From Cetorhinus maximus (Eukaryota): a DNA stretch of 64,000 bases. The notes under the pieces were generated by a model. That model was given only the letters and a program-made list of their open reading frames with translations, ran no database searches and was not told where the DNA came from. Below, in pieces: positions 10,807-23,965 of this stretch. A program made the position numbers and the translations under genes. The stretch covers positions 117,490,001 through 117,554,000 of the forward strand of contig NC_135887.1 in the NCBI RefSeq assembly GCF_964194155.1. Reading direction: 5' to 3'. Position 1 is the stretch's first letter. Each line of letters opens with the position of its first letter.

Positions 10807-13203
10807 AATCCACAAGGGTCATTGGTATGAGTTATAAATTCTCGGATACTGGAAATGTAACTGTAAATGTAATTATGTATCGCATACTCATATATTTTGT
10901 GGGTCAGGGCCAGAGGGACAAGATAGGGATCAGGGGTTAGATGCTGGTAGAGAACTGATCATGATGAACAGAAAAGGGCTATTTTATCTAGATACCAACT
11001 GCCCAAAGCGGGTTCCTGGGTGACGTACTGTCCCGAAGGATCGAATAACTGGATGGGAAAAAACAATGGTGGAATGGGCAGGGAAATGTACTGGAAAATT
11101 TTTAAATTGGTTGAATGTCCAGGATGGACAAGGAGTGAGGACCATGGGCTGGGGGAATGGTGTGTGAGAATGGAAAATAGAAAGCGTTGCTCGAGTTCTA
11201 GTAATGTCAGGCAGCGAGTCCCGGTTGAGAAAACGTTCATGTGTGGTGGGAAGGGGTTCAGAACAGGTGTACAAGGGCTCTAACAGTAGTAGAATGGAAG
11301 ACGTCAACAGGCAAGTAGAGGTTGCAGTCTGACTAGATCGACACACTAAAATGGGGAATGCAGCACCATCTTGACAAAATAATAGAAGCAGAAGTCCTCA
11401 TGACCAAGACATTTTTGTAGCTGCCAGCAAATGAGATTAAGCCATACATGGGGCTAAATTGAAAGAGTTAGAAAGTTGGAGAGAGTTTGAATATATTCAA
11501 AGATTCCGGAAAGGGATCAGCCAGCATTATAGCATAGGTGGACCTGCACAGAAAAAGTCCAGCCAGATTGCACTTACAAGGCCAAAGCTAGGTTAGTGGC
11601 CCGGGGTTTTTAAGAATGCTTAAGAGATAGAGGCCAGAGTGGACTCACCACAGCGGGAAAGGTAATTGATAAAAGCTTTTGGCCCTTTTAGCAATGTTTC
11701 TTGGGAATGTAAGTCAATAGACGTAAAAACTGCATTAGTGCAGGGAAATCGCCTCCAGAGGGAAGTGTTTCTCCAACTTCCTAAGGAGGTGCCAGATGTA
11801 GAAGAAAAATTTTGGAAGTTAAAAAAGTGTCCCTAGTTTGAATGATGCTTCCAAAGCATGGTCCCTTTCAGTTAGGTCAGTTTTATTAAAGTTAGGTTGC
11901 CTCCAACTGAAAGCGGATCCTGCAATGTTTTTTTTGGTACCATGGCAGGAAACTCACAGGCATCTCTATGATGCATGTTGATGACTTCTAATGGGGTAGT
12001 ATTAGCAAGTTCAAAAATATGTTATTGACAGTATTAGAATAGACTTTAAGATTGGGAGTCAGGCTTCTGGGGCCTTTAAATATATTGGGTTGGAAATAAG
12101 GCAGTATGGGTGTGATGTCACTTTACATCAACAATCTTATTTAGAAAGTGTGCACCCTATCACAGTCAATCGTGCCAGGTCCTCACAAAAGATGCGGATG
12201 CTTTCAAAGCTGAGATGGAGCAGCTGCCAAGTTCAGTTGGGCAATTGAATTGGCTGGGTGTACAGACAAGGCCAGGTGCAAGTTTTGATGTCTTAGAACT
12301 AAGTGCTGTAATGAAACATCCAAAGGTAGACGACATTTTACGGGTAATCAAAGCAAAAATTAAAGATGGAGAAAAGTGAGCTGAAATTTCCACCTTTGTG
12401 TGACCCCAGGAACATGAAATTGATTATTTTTTAGTGATGCCTCTCATGCTAACCTTTGTGATACGTTCTCGAGCGCAACCGGTTTTGTAAAGCACTTTGG
12501 CTTGGGAAGCCAAGAAAATGAGGAGAATAATAGAAAGCACTCTGGCTGCTGAAACCCTTGCACCTGTTGAGGCAATTCACATGGCATTCTTTTAATCAAA
12601 GCTATTAGAGGAAATTCTATATGAAGGAGATGCCGAAGAAACCATATCGATTCAATGTTAGACAATTGTTCTCTTTGAGATAATGTGCACTCCACAAAAT
12701 GTGTGAATGAGAAGAGATTAAGAATTGATATTGTGAATTTGAAACAAATGTTGGAGAAAAAAGAAATCTCCGAACTTAAATAGGTAGATACAAGCCATCA
12801 ATTGACTGTGTTAGCAAAAGGAATGCTTCTAGTGAGAAGTTATTGGTAGTCTTAGGAGAAGGACTCCTCATGATGTAAGTCTTGAGTGTGACATTTATTT
12901 CTCTTCAGTTTTTTTTAAATCGTGTCTGTAAATATGTACTTTTGAGGAAGAAGGGAATCTGTTAATGTTGCAAATGCTGTGATAATAGAGTGCATGTTCC
13001 AGTTGTGATAAAGAGCAACTGATACTAATTGGGGAAAGGTTAGGGTACATATATAAGAACCAGTTTCCACCTGTGCGGGGGAACTAATTGGAAGGGAAAA
13101 TAGTCTGCACTTATGTTATACTGAGTTTTGTGAATAAACAGATATTGAAGATAGACTGGTTCCAGCTTCTTCATTTGCCAGATAGATGTTCAACAAGCTA
13201 ACA
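10807..13203 (+). mobile_element. Ty1/Copia (GalEa-like) LTR retrotransposon, 3' portion: post-integrase spacer, RT, RNase H, PPT and 3' LTR; decayed
   Basis: Read across frameshifts: YKAKARLVARGF, VDSPTAGK, SIDVKTALVQG, LNDASKAW, MHVDDF, FSDASHANL, STLAAETLA, EKRLRIDI; PPT GAGGAAGAAGGGAA at 12944-12957. Confidence 0.85.
12960..13203 (+). repeat. Copia 3' LTR (244 bp)
   Basis: TGTTA...TAACA inverted termini starting 2 nt after the PPT; TATATAA near 13050 and AATAAA near 13133. Confidence 0.75.
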
Positions 13204-15390
13204 CAATGCTGTCTGCTTCCTGTCACTCGGCCAATTTCGTATCCATGTTGCTACTGTCCATTTTATTTCATGAGTTCTAACTTTGCCCAAGTCTGTTGTG
13301 TGGCACTTTACCAAATGTCTTATGGACATCCATGTACACCACATCAATAGCATTACCCTCATTGACCTTCTCTTTTACCTCATCAAAAAACTCAAGCAAG
13401 TTAGTTAAACATGATTTGTCCTTAAGAAATCCATGCTACCTTTCCTTAACTAACCCTCATTTGCCCAAGTAAATATTAATTTTGTTCTGAATTATAGTTT
13501 CCAGAAGCTTCCCCACCACTCAGGCTAACCTGACTGGCCTGTAGTTGCTGGGCTTCTCACCACACCTTTTTTTGAACAAGGTTGTAATATTTGCAATTCT
13601 CAGTCCTCTGGCACCACCACTTAGCCTAAGGAAGTGTGGAAAATTATGGCGAGTTTATCTGCAATTTTCACTCTCACTTCCATCAGTACCCTTGGACACT
13701 TTTCACCCTGTCCGGTGCCTTGTCAATTTAAAATACAGCCTATCCAATACCACCTCTTTATTCATTTTATACCCTTCAAATGTCTGAACTACCTCCTCTT
13801 TCACCATGACCTGTGCAGCATCTTCCTTGGTAAAGACAACTGCAAAGTACTCAATGACCTTGCTTCCATCACAAGGTCAGAAGTGGGGATGTTCACTGAT
13901 TGCACACTGTTCAGTACCATTTGCAACTCCTCAGATACTGAAGCAGTCTATGTCCAAATGCAGCAAGACCTGGACAATATCCAAGCTTAGGCTGACAAGT
14001 GGCAAGATACATTTGTGCCACACAAGTCCCAGGAAATGACCATCTGCAACAAGAGAGAATCTAACCACCGCTCCCTTGACATTCAATGTCATTACCATCG
14101 CTGAATCCCCACTATCAACATCCTAGTGGTTATCATTAACCAGAAACTGAACTGGACTAGCCATATAAATACTGTGGCTACAAAAGCGGGTCAAAGGCTA
14201 GGAATCCTGTGGCGAGTAACTCACCTCCTGATTCCCCAAAGCCTGTCCACCATCTACGAGGCACAAGTCAGGCATGTGATGGAACACTCTCCACTTGCCC
14301 AGATGAGCTCCAACAATACTCAAGAAGCTTGACACCATCCAGGACAAAGCAACCTGCTTGCTTGGCACCCCATCCACAAACATTCACTCCCTCCACCACC
14401 AACAAGCAGTGGCAGCAGTGTGTGTCATCTACGAGATGCACTGTAGAAACTCATCAACCCTTCTTAGGTAGTATCTTCCAAACCCAAGACCACTACCATC
14501 TAGAAGGACAAGGGCAGCAGATACATAGTTTTGCCTGTTAACCTTTGATTTCAGTTTATCTGGGTCAGATCCATTCTTACCATAATGAAATCGGCTTTCC
14601 CGCAGTTAATTATTCTCATTCTGGATTGTTCCTTGCTCTTTTCCATAGTCGACCTAAACCTTATAATACAATGATCACTGTCCCCTAAATGTTCCCTTAC
14701 TGAATCTTGATCCACTTGGCCCATCTCATTCCCAAGAGTCAGATCTAGCAGTGCCTCCCTTCTCATTGGACTAGAATCATACTGCTGTAGAAAATTATCT
14801 TGAACATCCCCTAGAAGCTCTTGTCACTCAGCCCTTTACTGCTATCCCAATCTGTATTTGGATAATTAAAGGCCCCCATTATGACTACTCTATAATTCTT
14901 GCACTTCTCTGTAATTTCCTTGCAAATTTGTTCCTCAACCTCTTTCCCACTAGTTGTTTGCTACATTGCATTGTAGCCTATAGGCTGTGTCATTACACCT
15001 TTTTTGTTCCCTAACTCTAGCCAAATAGATTCTGCCCTGACCTCTGTGGACCATCCTCTCTTTCCAGTGCTGCAATGCTTTCCTTATTTAATATCGCAAG
15101 CCCTCCCCATTTTCTTCCTTTGCTATCTTGCCTGACCACCTTGCATCCAGGAATATTTATTATCCAGTCAAGCCCTTCTTTGAGCCACATCTCCATTATA
15201 GTCACAGCATCATATTTACACATGGCTATCTGCGCCTGCAATTAACCAATCTTATTTTCCACATACGATGCCTTCACATACATGTACAGTAACCCTAATT
15301 TAGACTTTATTACATTCCCCTTTACACTGAACCCACCTTATAATTTATTATTCCTTGCTCTAGTGGTAACTGTCACTCTCTGTATTCATG
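13204..15390 (-). mobile_element. CR1 LINE ORF2 fragments (endonuclease and RT), interrupted by a + strand LINE fragment
   Basis: CKYDAVTIMEMWLK...GGLAILNK; REALLDLTLGN...LGDSDH; RT-region sequence at 13204-13850. Confidence 0.7.
13850..14525 (+). mobile_element. CR1-Zenon-like LINE RT/3' fragment
   Basis: NDLASITRSEVGMF.DC...QMQQDLDNIQA; YEAQVRHVMEHSPLA; same family as 32593-38147. Confidence 0.8.
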
Positions 15391-15649
15391 CCAGAGGATG
15401 CTTAATATCCACTTAAACCACTGAAACATGCCACCTTTGAATGCTTGATCTAAAGGACTGCACCTTTAACACAGAGAATCAGCTTACAGCATGAGCTCAA
15501 ACTCCTAGTAGTGGGCCCAAACCACAATTTTTTGACTCAGAATACTGTTAAATGAGCCAAGCTGATACCACTAAGGCATTCATTTTGCTATTCTGATAAA
15601 TTCATTTACAGCTTTCGACAAGCATGTTTAACAAGCATGTTGAATGAAT

Positions 15650-15945
15650 TTGCACACTGGGGAATCTAGGACATGGGGATGTCTCAGGATAAAGGGATGA
15701 TCATGTAGGGCTGAGATGAGAAATTTCTTCACTCAAAGGGTTGTAAGTCTTTGAAATTGTCTCCCCCAGAGTGTTATGGATGCTCCATAGTTGAGTATAT
15801 TTATAAGGCTGAAGTAGACATTTTTAGTCTCTCAGGGAGCAGGCAGGAAAGTGGAATTGCCGAGATCAGCCATGATCATATTGAATGGCAAGCTCAAGGG
15901 GCCTTATGCTCTAATCCTACTCCTATTTCTTTATGTTCTTTATTA
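15650..15945 (+). mobile_element. CR1 3' fragment
   Basis: GCTGAGATGAGAAATTTCTTCACTCAAAGGGTTG...CAGCCATGATCATATTGAATGG...CCTACTCCTATTTCTTTATGTTCT. Confidence 0.7.
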
Positions 15946-16167
15946 GAAAATGTGCTTTCTTAACCAGTTTTCATTCATTGGATCCACATTTTACTTGTAT
16001 CAATTCAGGCACTTGCGTGGTTGCTCTTCATAGCTGACCCCACCAGACTGAGTGAGACCAGGGTGGGTGGTGAGGTGCATCAAATGATCAAATTTGCGCT
16101 CACTCAGTGAATGCCTCCCCTGTCCTACAAGCTGGAAAATATAGCCAAACTTGCCTTTTTCAACAGT

Positions 16168-16243
16168 TGGAAGGAAAGGTAAATATTTTCCTTGGCAGAC
16201 CCCCCTTCTGGTCTGCCAAGGAAAATATTTACCTTTCCTTCCA
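16168..16243. repeat. Perfect 34-bp inverted repeat with an 8-nt loop
   Basis: TGGAAGGAAAGGTAAATATTTTCCTTGGCAGACC-ccccttct-GGTCTGCCAAGGAAAATATTTACCTTTCCTTCCA. Confidence 0.95.
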
Positions 16244-16344
16244 GCAGCCCTCTTTATTAGGAGGTCATAGTTCCAACAATTTAAAAAAATATCCTACCAT
16301 CTTTCTGAGTTGAGACTATGATTTCAACCTGGATCTCCCCTTTG

Positions 16345-17545
16345 AGGCCAACATCTTTGAAGGACTAACATGCGCTGTGGATAAAGGGGAACTGGATTTC
16401 CAGAAGGCATTTGATAAGGTGCCATGCCAAAGATTATTGGGGAAAATAAAAGCTCATGGTGTAGGGGGTACTACATTGGCATGAATAGAAAGATTGGCTG
16501 GCAGAAAACGGAGTATGCATAAATGGGTCTTTTCCTGATTGGCAGGGTGTGGCAAGTTGACTACCACAGGGGTCTGCTGGGGCCTCAACTTTTTACAATT
16601 TGTATCACTGATTTAGACGAGGGGAACAAAGGTGTGGTCGCTAAATATGCAGATGACACAACGATAGGTAGGAAAGTATGTTGTGAAGAGGACATGAGGT
16701 TGCAAAGGATATAGATAAGTTGCGTGAGTGGGCAAAAATCTGGCAGATGGAATACAATGTGGGAAAATGTGAAGTTCACTTTAGCAGGAAGAATAAAAAA
16801 GCAGAGTATTAAACGGAGAGCGATTGCAGAATTCCAAGCTGCAAAGGGATCTAGATGTTCTTGTGCATGAGTTACAAAAGGCTAGCATGCTGCTACAGCA
16901 AGTATTTAAGAAGGCTAATGGAATGCTTCCTTTATTACGAGAGGAATTTAATATAAAAGTTAGGGATGTTATGCTTCAGTTATACAGGGTGTCGGTGAGA
17001 CCACATCTCAAATACTGTGCGCAGTTTTGGTCTCCTCATTTGAGGAAGGACATAAATGCTTTAGAGGCGGTTCAGAGGAGGTTTACTAGATTGATATCTG
17101 GAATGAGCGGGTTGTCTTATGAGGAAAGGTTAGACAGATTGGGCTTGTTTCCACTGGAGTTTAGAAGAGTGACTTGATTGAAATATATAAGATCCTGAAT
17201 GGTCTTGATAAGATGGACGTGGAAAGGATGTTTCCTCTTGTGGATAAGTCCAGGACTAGGGGGAACTGTTTTAAAATTAGGGGTTTCCTTTTTAGGACAG
17301 AGATGAGGAAAACAATATTCTCTGAAGGTTGTGCAACTTTGGAACTCTCTGCCTCAGAAAGTGGTGGGGGGTGGGGTCATTGAATATTTTTAAGGCAGAG
17401 GTAGATAGATTCTTGTTAGGCAAGGGAATCAAAGGTTATCGGCGGTAGATGGGAATGTGGAATTTAAAACACGAACACGATTTTATTGAATGGCGGAGCA
17501 GGCTCGAGGGGCCAAATGGCCTATTTCACCTATTTCGTATGTTCA
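16345..17545 (+). mobile_element. CR1 LINE 3' half (RT, C-terminus, 3' UTR)
   Basis: [21 protein letters not shown]...KYADDT, LYRVSVRPHLKYCAQFWSP, CR1 3' UTR. Confidence 0.85.
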
Positions 17546-20329
17546 TATCTGCCCTTTTAGAAAGTCAGGACATATTTTTCCTTTTGATGCATCAGCCTCT
17601 CATCATATTTCAGGTAGCTGTGAGCCCAAAGATGTTAAAACTCCCTGTATATGGAGTGTTGCCTACCCCTCCACCACCCTCACCCCAACGCCTTAGCAGT
17701 GGTTTATCTGGAGCAGGTGGAAGCTTTGCCCAGAAACAAAACCCCAGGAAATCTCTGCTCAGATTGGAACCTGATACGGCGGGGTCTCGGCAGAGTTTGG
17801 AGTCTACTGAAATAGCCAAGCAATTCAACTCCAGTATCTTCATAAAAGGGTTGTATCAAGCACAGCACGTACTGTAAGATAACTTTTTATTTGAAGATAA
17901 AGCCATTCTATCTATGCTCAGTTGTATAGTGTGACCACAGTTTAATTTTAATAAGACAGCATATAGCACCTGGATACTGAGTAAATGGGGCATAGCATAA
18001 TTTCAAGCATGTTGCAGCTAACTCTGCTGAACGATCTCTGAATTTCTCACATACAGTTATGTTGTATGGTATTTAACCTACAGTTTCTTACAATGAAACT
18101 TAATAAGTAGATAAAACTTTTCTGACTGGTGTATTTAAGTACAGAGCACAGCCATTTCTTAGTGTCTGAAATAAGGGCGAGTACTGAAGAAATAGTATTT
18201 AAAGCTCACATATTGCTCCAAAGTGAAGGTTTTAGATTGTGGCTGCATTGTTTGCTGGTGATGTCATCATTTTTAGGTTTGAATTCTAATTGAGAGAAGC
18301 TGCGCTTTTTAATTGGTTATGGGCATCTGATCACTGAGTTGCTCTCAGCTTTGGTCAGTTTTGTATAGTGATTAAGTGCCTGTAGAAGAATCATCAGTAC
18401 CCATGTACCAGTTGGCTGAGCTTTTTAAGATTTACAATCTTTAACAACCTTTCATCATGCGTTCATTCATGTCAGAATTTTGACATGTAATCGCACTACA
18501 GTGATTCTGCTCAAAGAATGTAGCTCAAGGAATTGTTGAATGGCAGCAGAATCCTGAGAAGGAGCTCTTAACTTCATAACATAGAAGTTACACCACGGAA
18601 AATGGCCATTCAGACCAAGCAGACATGTCAGCGTTTACCCCCCAAGCAAGCTTAGTCAACTTACCCACTGTGTTTCCATATTCCTTTATGCCCATTTTCA
18701 TTCATCTAAATACTAGAGGGATACTACTAGTTATTACTTGTTCATCCTAATATGCAAGATAGGTTGGATTATTATATGTAAATATAATTTTGAGAATTTT
18801 TTTACATTATTCAGTGCCATGACAGAAAGGAAAAAAATATTGCATACTAAGTGACTGAGACAAAAAGTTTCATATTTATCTCACATGTTCCCATTATGTC
18901 ATATAAACAACGGCAATCAAAGATGGCATAGATCCTCAAACAATATATTTTTGGCAAAATGTTTATTGAATAAATACATATCACACTAGTTTCAATGGGT
19001 TACCAGACTTAATTAGCTAGATAAAGATATCATAATTCTTTTGTGATGATGCCTACTAGGATTTTGACTCTTGCAGGCATGAAATCACTGTAATGTACCA
19101 CTTCCTCCAGCCTATGAACAAGGCCACAGATCTGTGGCTTTCACAGAAAAAATAGATGATTGCAATCCTCAAAGTACCAAAGCATTCAGAACTGAGAGCC
19201 ACATGGATCATCCTAACCTAGTGACCTTGCCTTTAATATATACGGAAGTATTATACTGCTGTAAAACACACAGCGCACAGTTTTTTAGTGCACTTTATTA
19301 TAAGCCTGATCTATATTATAAATAACTTCTTTCCACCAATTGTTTAGTGCCTCCAAAGGAAACTCGCTGTGGTGATTGCTGGTGATTTTGAAAAAACAGA
19401 AAACTCTCTTTAAAAAAAATGTTATTTCTAAAGTAAGAAGAGCAGTGGAATCAAAGGATTTGACTCAGAATTTATAGAACAAGTTGAGCAAAATATAAGT
19501 GGACAGAAAAACGGCAGGTGAAATTAATCTGAATATATCTGAAACCTTTTTTTTTGCTAAGGGGCAAATGATCGCCAGCAACTTCAAAACATCAAAAATT
19601 GTGCTTCCAAAATCTCTCTATCAATTCTGCATGGATAAAGCGCAAGTGCCTCGTCCATGTGCTAGTCACAGCAGAAACCCATTACATGCTTTATACTGTG
19701 GGTGGGATTTTCTTGTGGCAGGTGGGACTGGGAAATTTGAAGTGCAGACAAAAATCAGTTTTCCACCAGTGGGAAATTAGGTCGCAGTTTTCCCCTCTGG
19801 ACTTTCATGGCAGGTCAAGTTTGCTGCTGTGCCATGTCAGGAACTGCAATTGCATGTCTTTGCACCTCATGAATGCTCATTAAAAACCCAGCTCACCGGA
19901 ATCACGTTTGCACTCCAAATCTAATTGGCCCGTCAGTGAATAAGTAGGCCAGTTTGTTTCACGGCTGGATATAAGTGGTGTGCACCTGGCGAGCTGCACT
20001 TCATTCACAACTTTTGAGGTTTGTATGCCTAGCATTCACATGCCTTTTACTGTGTTCCTCTCACGGCTTCTCCGACTCTGTGCCAAGGCTACTCAGGCAA
20101 GTTCAGCGGGAAAGGGAGGCGGGGTGGAAGGCACATGTTCAACGGAGGCATGGGGGTTGACTGAACAGAGGCAAGGGAATGGCGGGGAGGCATACACTTG
20201 ACTTGGGGCGGGGGTGACTGGAGCACAGGACAGAAGGGGTGGACAGAGCCACATAATGGGGGGTGGGGAGATGCGAGGGGAGGTGGCTGGGTAGAAGCAA
20301 GGGAAGGGGTGGACGGAGACACATGACTG

Positions 20330-22164
20330 GGAGGGACCTGGCAGGCCCCGGCCTGCTTTCTGGATCCTTCTGTGTGGCAGTGGCACCCTTCTTGGCCTGT
20401 GGAGTTGCTGGGGGTCACAGAAAGAGGAGATTTGGATGGGCCGGACACTCCCAGAGTGAAGGGTGGATGACCCTGGGTTGTGCACCTGCTGACCCCCCTC
20501 CCTATGGGTGCGAGTGCCCCTGGCTGACTCCTTGAGGAGGAGCAGTAGCTGGAGTGTGATCGAGCTGACCCACGCCCCCCTCGTGTTGATACTGTTGGGG
20601 GCCATCTATGGCATCAGCGATGGAGTTCAGCCTGTGCAGCAGTGCAAGACCAATGTCCTGGACCAAGATCTCCATGGCGGCTGCCTTCCTACCAGTGTTG
20701 ACTTTGATGCGTTGGCATGCCGGCACTATCACCTCAGATTGAAGGCGGACAGACTCCTCCATCATGCCTTGCAATCTGAGGAGTGCAGTGGGCATTCCTT
20801 CCTGATGTTCCCTAGCATGTCTTTGCAGCTCCAGCAACTGAGACATGACCAAGGCCAGAGGCTTGTCCTCTGACTCAGACTCAGCAGATTTCTGGCCTCT
20901 ATCAGTCTTCAGAGTGCCAGAGACCTGGGAAGTCCCTGCCACAGCCTACTGTGGATCAGACAATGTGATGTGTTCACCAAATTTGTGATCTTGAGGCTAC
21001 TCTACAGCTAGGTTCCACGAAGGTGTGTGTCCCTGTGCTGTTGGAGCGTGTGGGTGAGCGCCTTGATGGGTCTTCAATGAACGTGCCTTCAGATTCCTCT
21101 TCAGAGTTTCTTCGGGGTTTGATTGGAGGCCCTGGGTATTGGACTCCTTCGGCTGTTTCCCAGATGTGCCTGCCAAAGCAAGGAGAGATAATTAGTGCAT
21201 TTCAGGGGACTGCAGAACAGGACACATCACTCACAACATGGTTGATGATGTTGCACTGCTGGGTCCTCACTTGGTAGAGCACCGCCGACCTCACCATCAG
21301 CACAGCAACGGCCCAGATCTCCGCCGGCCAGCAGAATGACTCGATTTTCAAACTTTGTGAGGACCTTGATTTCAGGCACTCCTCCACTAGTCTGCAACCT
21401 CCCCCTCTTGTTGTGTGCAAGCTTGTCCTGCATGAATACAGATGGGGAAAGTGTGTAAGCAGGATACCTGCCAGGCCAGATGATAAGGCTGTCTGGCATG
21501 TGTGGGTGGTGAGAGGTCCCATGGATGGGATGAGGACAATGAAAGTGTGCGTGAAAGAGTGAATGGTGACATCCTTGAATTGGCAGTGAGTGAGGTCCCT
21601 ATGAATGTGTGAAGGGTTTGTGATTATGTGAGTTGAGAGTGATGAGAAGAGTGATTACCCTGGCAGAAGAGATCATTCATTATTTTGCGGCACTGGGTGG
21701 CTGTCCTCTTTTGCAGGGCATTGGCACTGACCACTGCTACCACCGCCTCCCAAACTGAATTGGTGGTGATGCTGCCCATCCTGCAGCCAGAGCAGGTGTA
21801 GAGGACATCACAGTGAGCCTCCATGGCGTTCAAAGGCACTCGAGTGACACATCACTAAACCGCGGGGATGGGGTACTGCAATTTTCTTGCTGTTCAGGGC
21901 CATGCCTTCCATGCAGCAGTTGTGGGCTGGAAGCACTGAGAGGTGTGTGCGCGGCTGCACTTTAAACGTAGCGCCCGGTGTGAGGTGATGATGTGGCAAG
22001 CGACTGAGAGTCTGCCTGCCATCAAAACCGCTCCCCAGAATGCATGATTAATGAGGCAGGATTGGGGTCATTTGGTATGAAAGGCCGCCAATATGGCCGG
22101 CGGGAAAAACTTTCTTTTTTCCACCTGCTTCCGCACTTAGTGCAAATCTGGGACGATTCAGGCC
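20330..22164 (-). mobile_element. Second-family Harbinger right arm: three-exon Myb/SANT pseudogene plus right TIR
   Basis: ATG at 21903 (MALNSKKIA...WEAVVAVVSANALQKRTATQCRKIMNDL / DKLAHNKRGRLQTSGG / LLELQRHAREHQEG...); ends GTGCAAATCTGGGACGATTCAGGCC. Confidence 0.8.
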
Positions 22165-22710
22165 TAGGGCTGTGGGCTAAGTGTAGATTGGGTTTCAATG
22201 ACCATTTGTTCCTCTCAGGAATGTGAGAAGGTCAGAAGGATCCAAGTATAAAGGGGCCACTTCTAAAGTACATATGCAAAATGCTCTAAACAATCCTACA
22301 TACTGCACCTGAGAGATTCAGGCTTTGTATGGCTCAGCGATTACAATCATTACATTAGTGCAAGGCTGGGCTCTAGTTTTCTTCAAAGGAAGCAGCCTGA
22401 CAGTGCCCTGACTGAGGTTGTTGGTGCCTGATTGTACTCACCTAGATCCAACCACTGCTGTGAATGCACTGTCATGCCTGGGGCTTAGGGGGAGGAGGGG
22501 TTGGGGGGGTGGAGGAAGAAACTCAGCTGCCAGTGATCCTTAAGGCTCTGCTACAGCCGCAAGGGAGGATTTGGGATGGAATATCTGGAATGAGGGCAGC
22601 CCAAGGGCTTCACGATCACTGCCTAGCTTGGCAATGGAAGGTGATCATTGCAGGGTTGTGTGTAATCATGTGCCTCAACTAATTTTCCACAAACATAAAA
22701 GAAGTGCAGA

Positions 22711-23965
22711 ATGCAGGCAGCAGGCAACACTGCCTTCTCCATGGCTTTCATGCAACTGAGGAGGAGAAGAAGGGCCCGACGCCTTTAGGCAGGGAAAAGG
22801 GAAGAGCCTGACCTTGAGAAAAATGGGCTAGCGGTGCCCCATGAAGACCCGGAAGCCGAGGAGAAGAGACCAATTCCACGGAAGCATTTGGCACAACCCA
22901 GGGTGTACCGAAGATACCTCTCCTATTTGCAGATGAGCGAGAGACAGTGCCGAAGATATCTTTGTTCATCAAGAGATGTGGCTCACATCTACCACATTCT
23001 TCAGGAGGATCTGATGTTGCAGGGGCTGGGAGGCCATCCATTGCCAGTGGCTCTAAAGGTGACTGTCGCATTCAACATTTTTGCTAGTGGCTTGTTTCAG
23101 GGCTCCACTGGGGACGTCTGCGCCTCTGCAGAATGTCACAATCCGCCGCTCATAAATGCATATAAGAGGTCACCAACGCCCTATTCAGTAAAGCACACAA
23201 TTATGTTCAGTTCTCCCTGGATGAAGCCAGCCAGCCAGTCTGCCAGAGCAGTGGGATTTGCAGTGACCTCCAGCTTCCCACCGGCGTAGGGTGCCATCAA
23301 TTGCACACATGTGGCATTAAGAGCTCCCTGGCAGGAGCCACCACGATTTATCAATAGAAAAAACTTCCACTCTCTCAATGTGCAGGTGACCTGTGATCAC
23401 CAAAAGCAGATTATGCAGGCCTGTGCAAAGTATCCTGGGAGCTCGCATGATTCTTACAACTTTAGTCACTTGCAGGTACCACAGATCTTTGTGGGCCCTC
23501 AACACATTGTGTTAGCTCATTGGCGGTAAAGACTACCCCCGAAAGACATGGCTAATGACGCCTGTTCGGCAGCCACAGAGTGTTTCAGAGGAGAGGTACA
23601 ATGTGGCACATTCTGCAACATGCTGCTTGATTGAGCAGATCATTGGCATGTTGAAGATGCGGTTCAGATGTCTGGACTGGTCAGGCGGCATTCCAGTACT
23701 CTCCCCAGAGGGCCTCCTGAATCATCTTGGTTTGATGCGCTCTTCACAACCTGGTGCTTCAAAGGGGGGGGGGGAATGAGAGACCACATGGAGAGATGGG
23801 AGGAGCTCCACATATCCTGCGAAGAGGAGGACATCAAAAGAGGGACCTCAAAGAGGGCGGGGATGTTGCCGGCCCACAGGAATAGGCCATAGCACAGGCC
23901 AGACACGGAAGACGTGCCCGTGAGACCTTATAAGGACAAGGTTCCAGGGCGACGAAGATGACTAG
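22711..23965 (+). pseudogene. Harbinger DDE transposase, disrupted
   Basis: PRVYRRYLSYLQMSERQCRR..., KVTVAFNIFASGLFQ, GAINCTHVA, RKNFHSLNVQVTCD, YPGSSHDS, WLMTP, IEQIIGMLKMRFRCLD. Confidence 0.9.
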
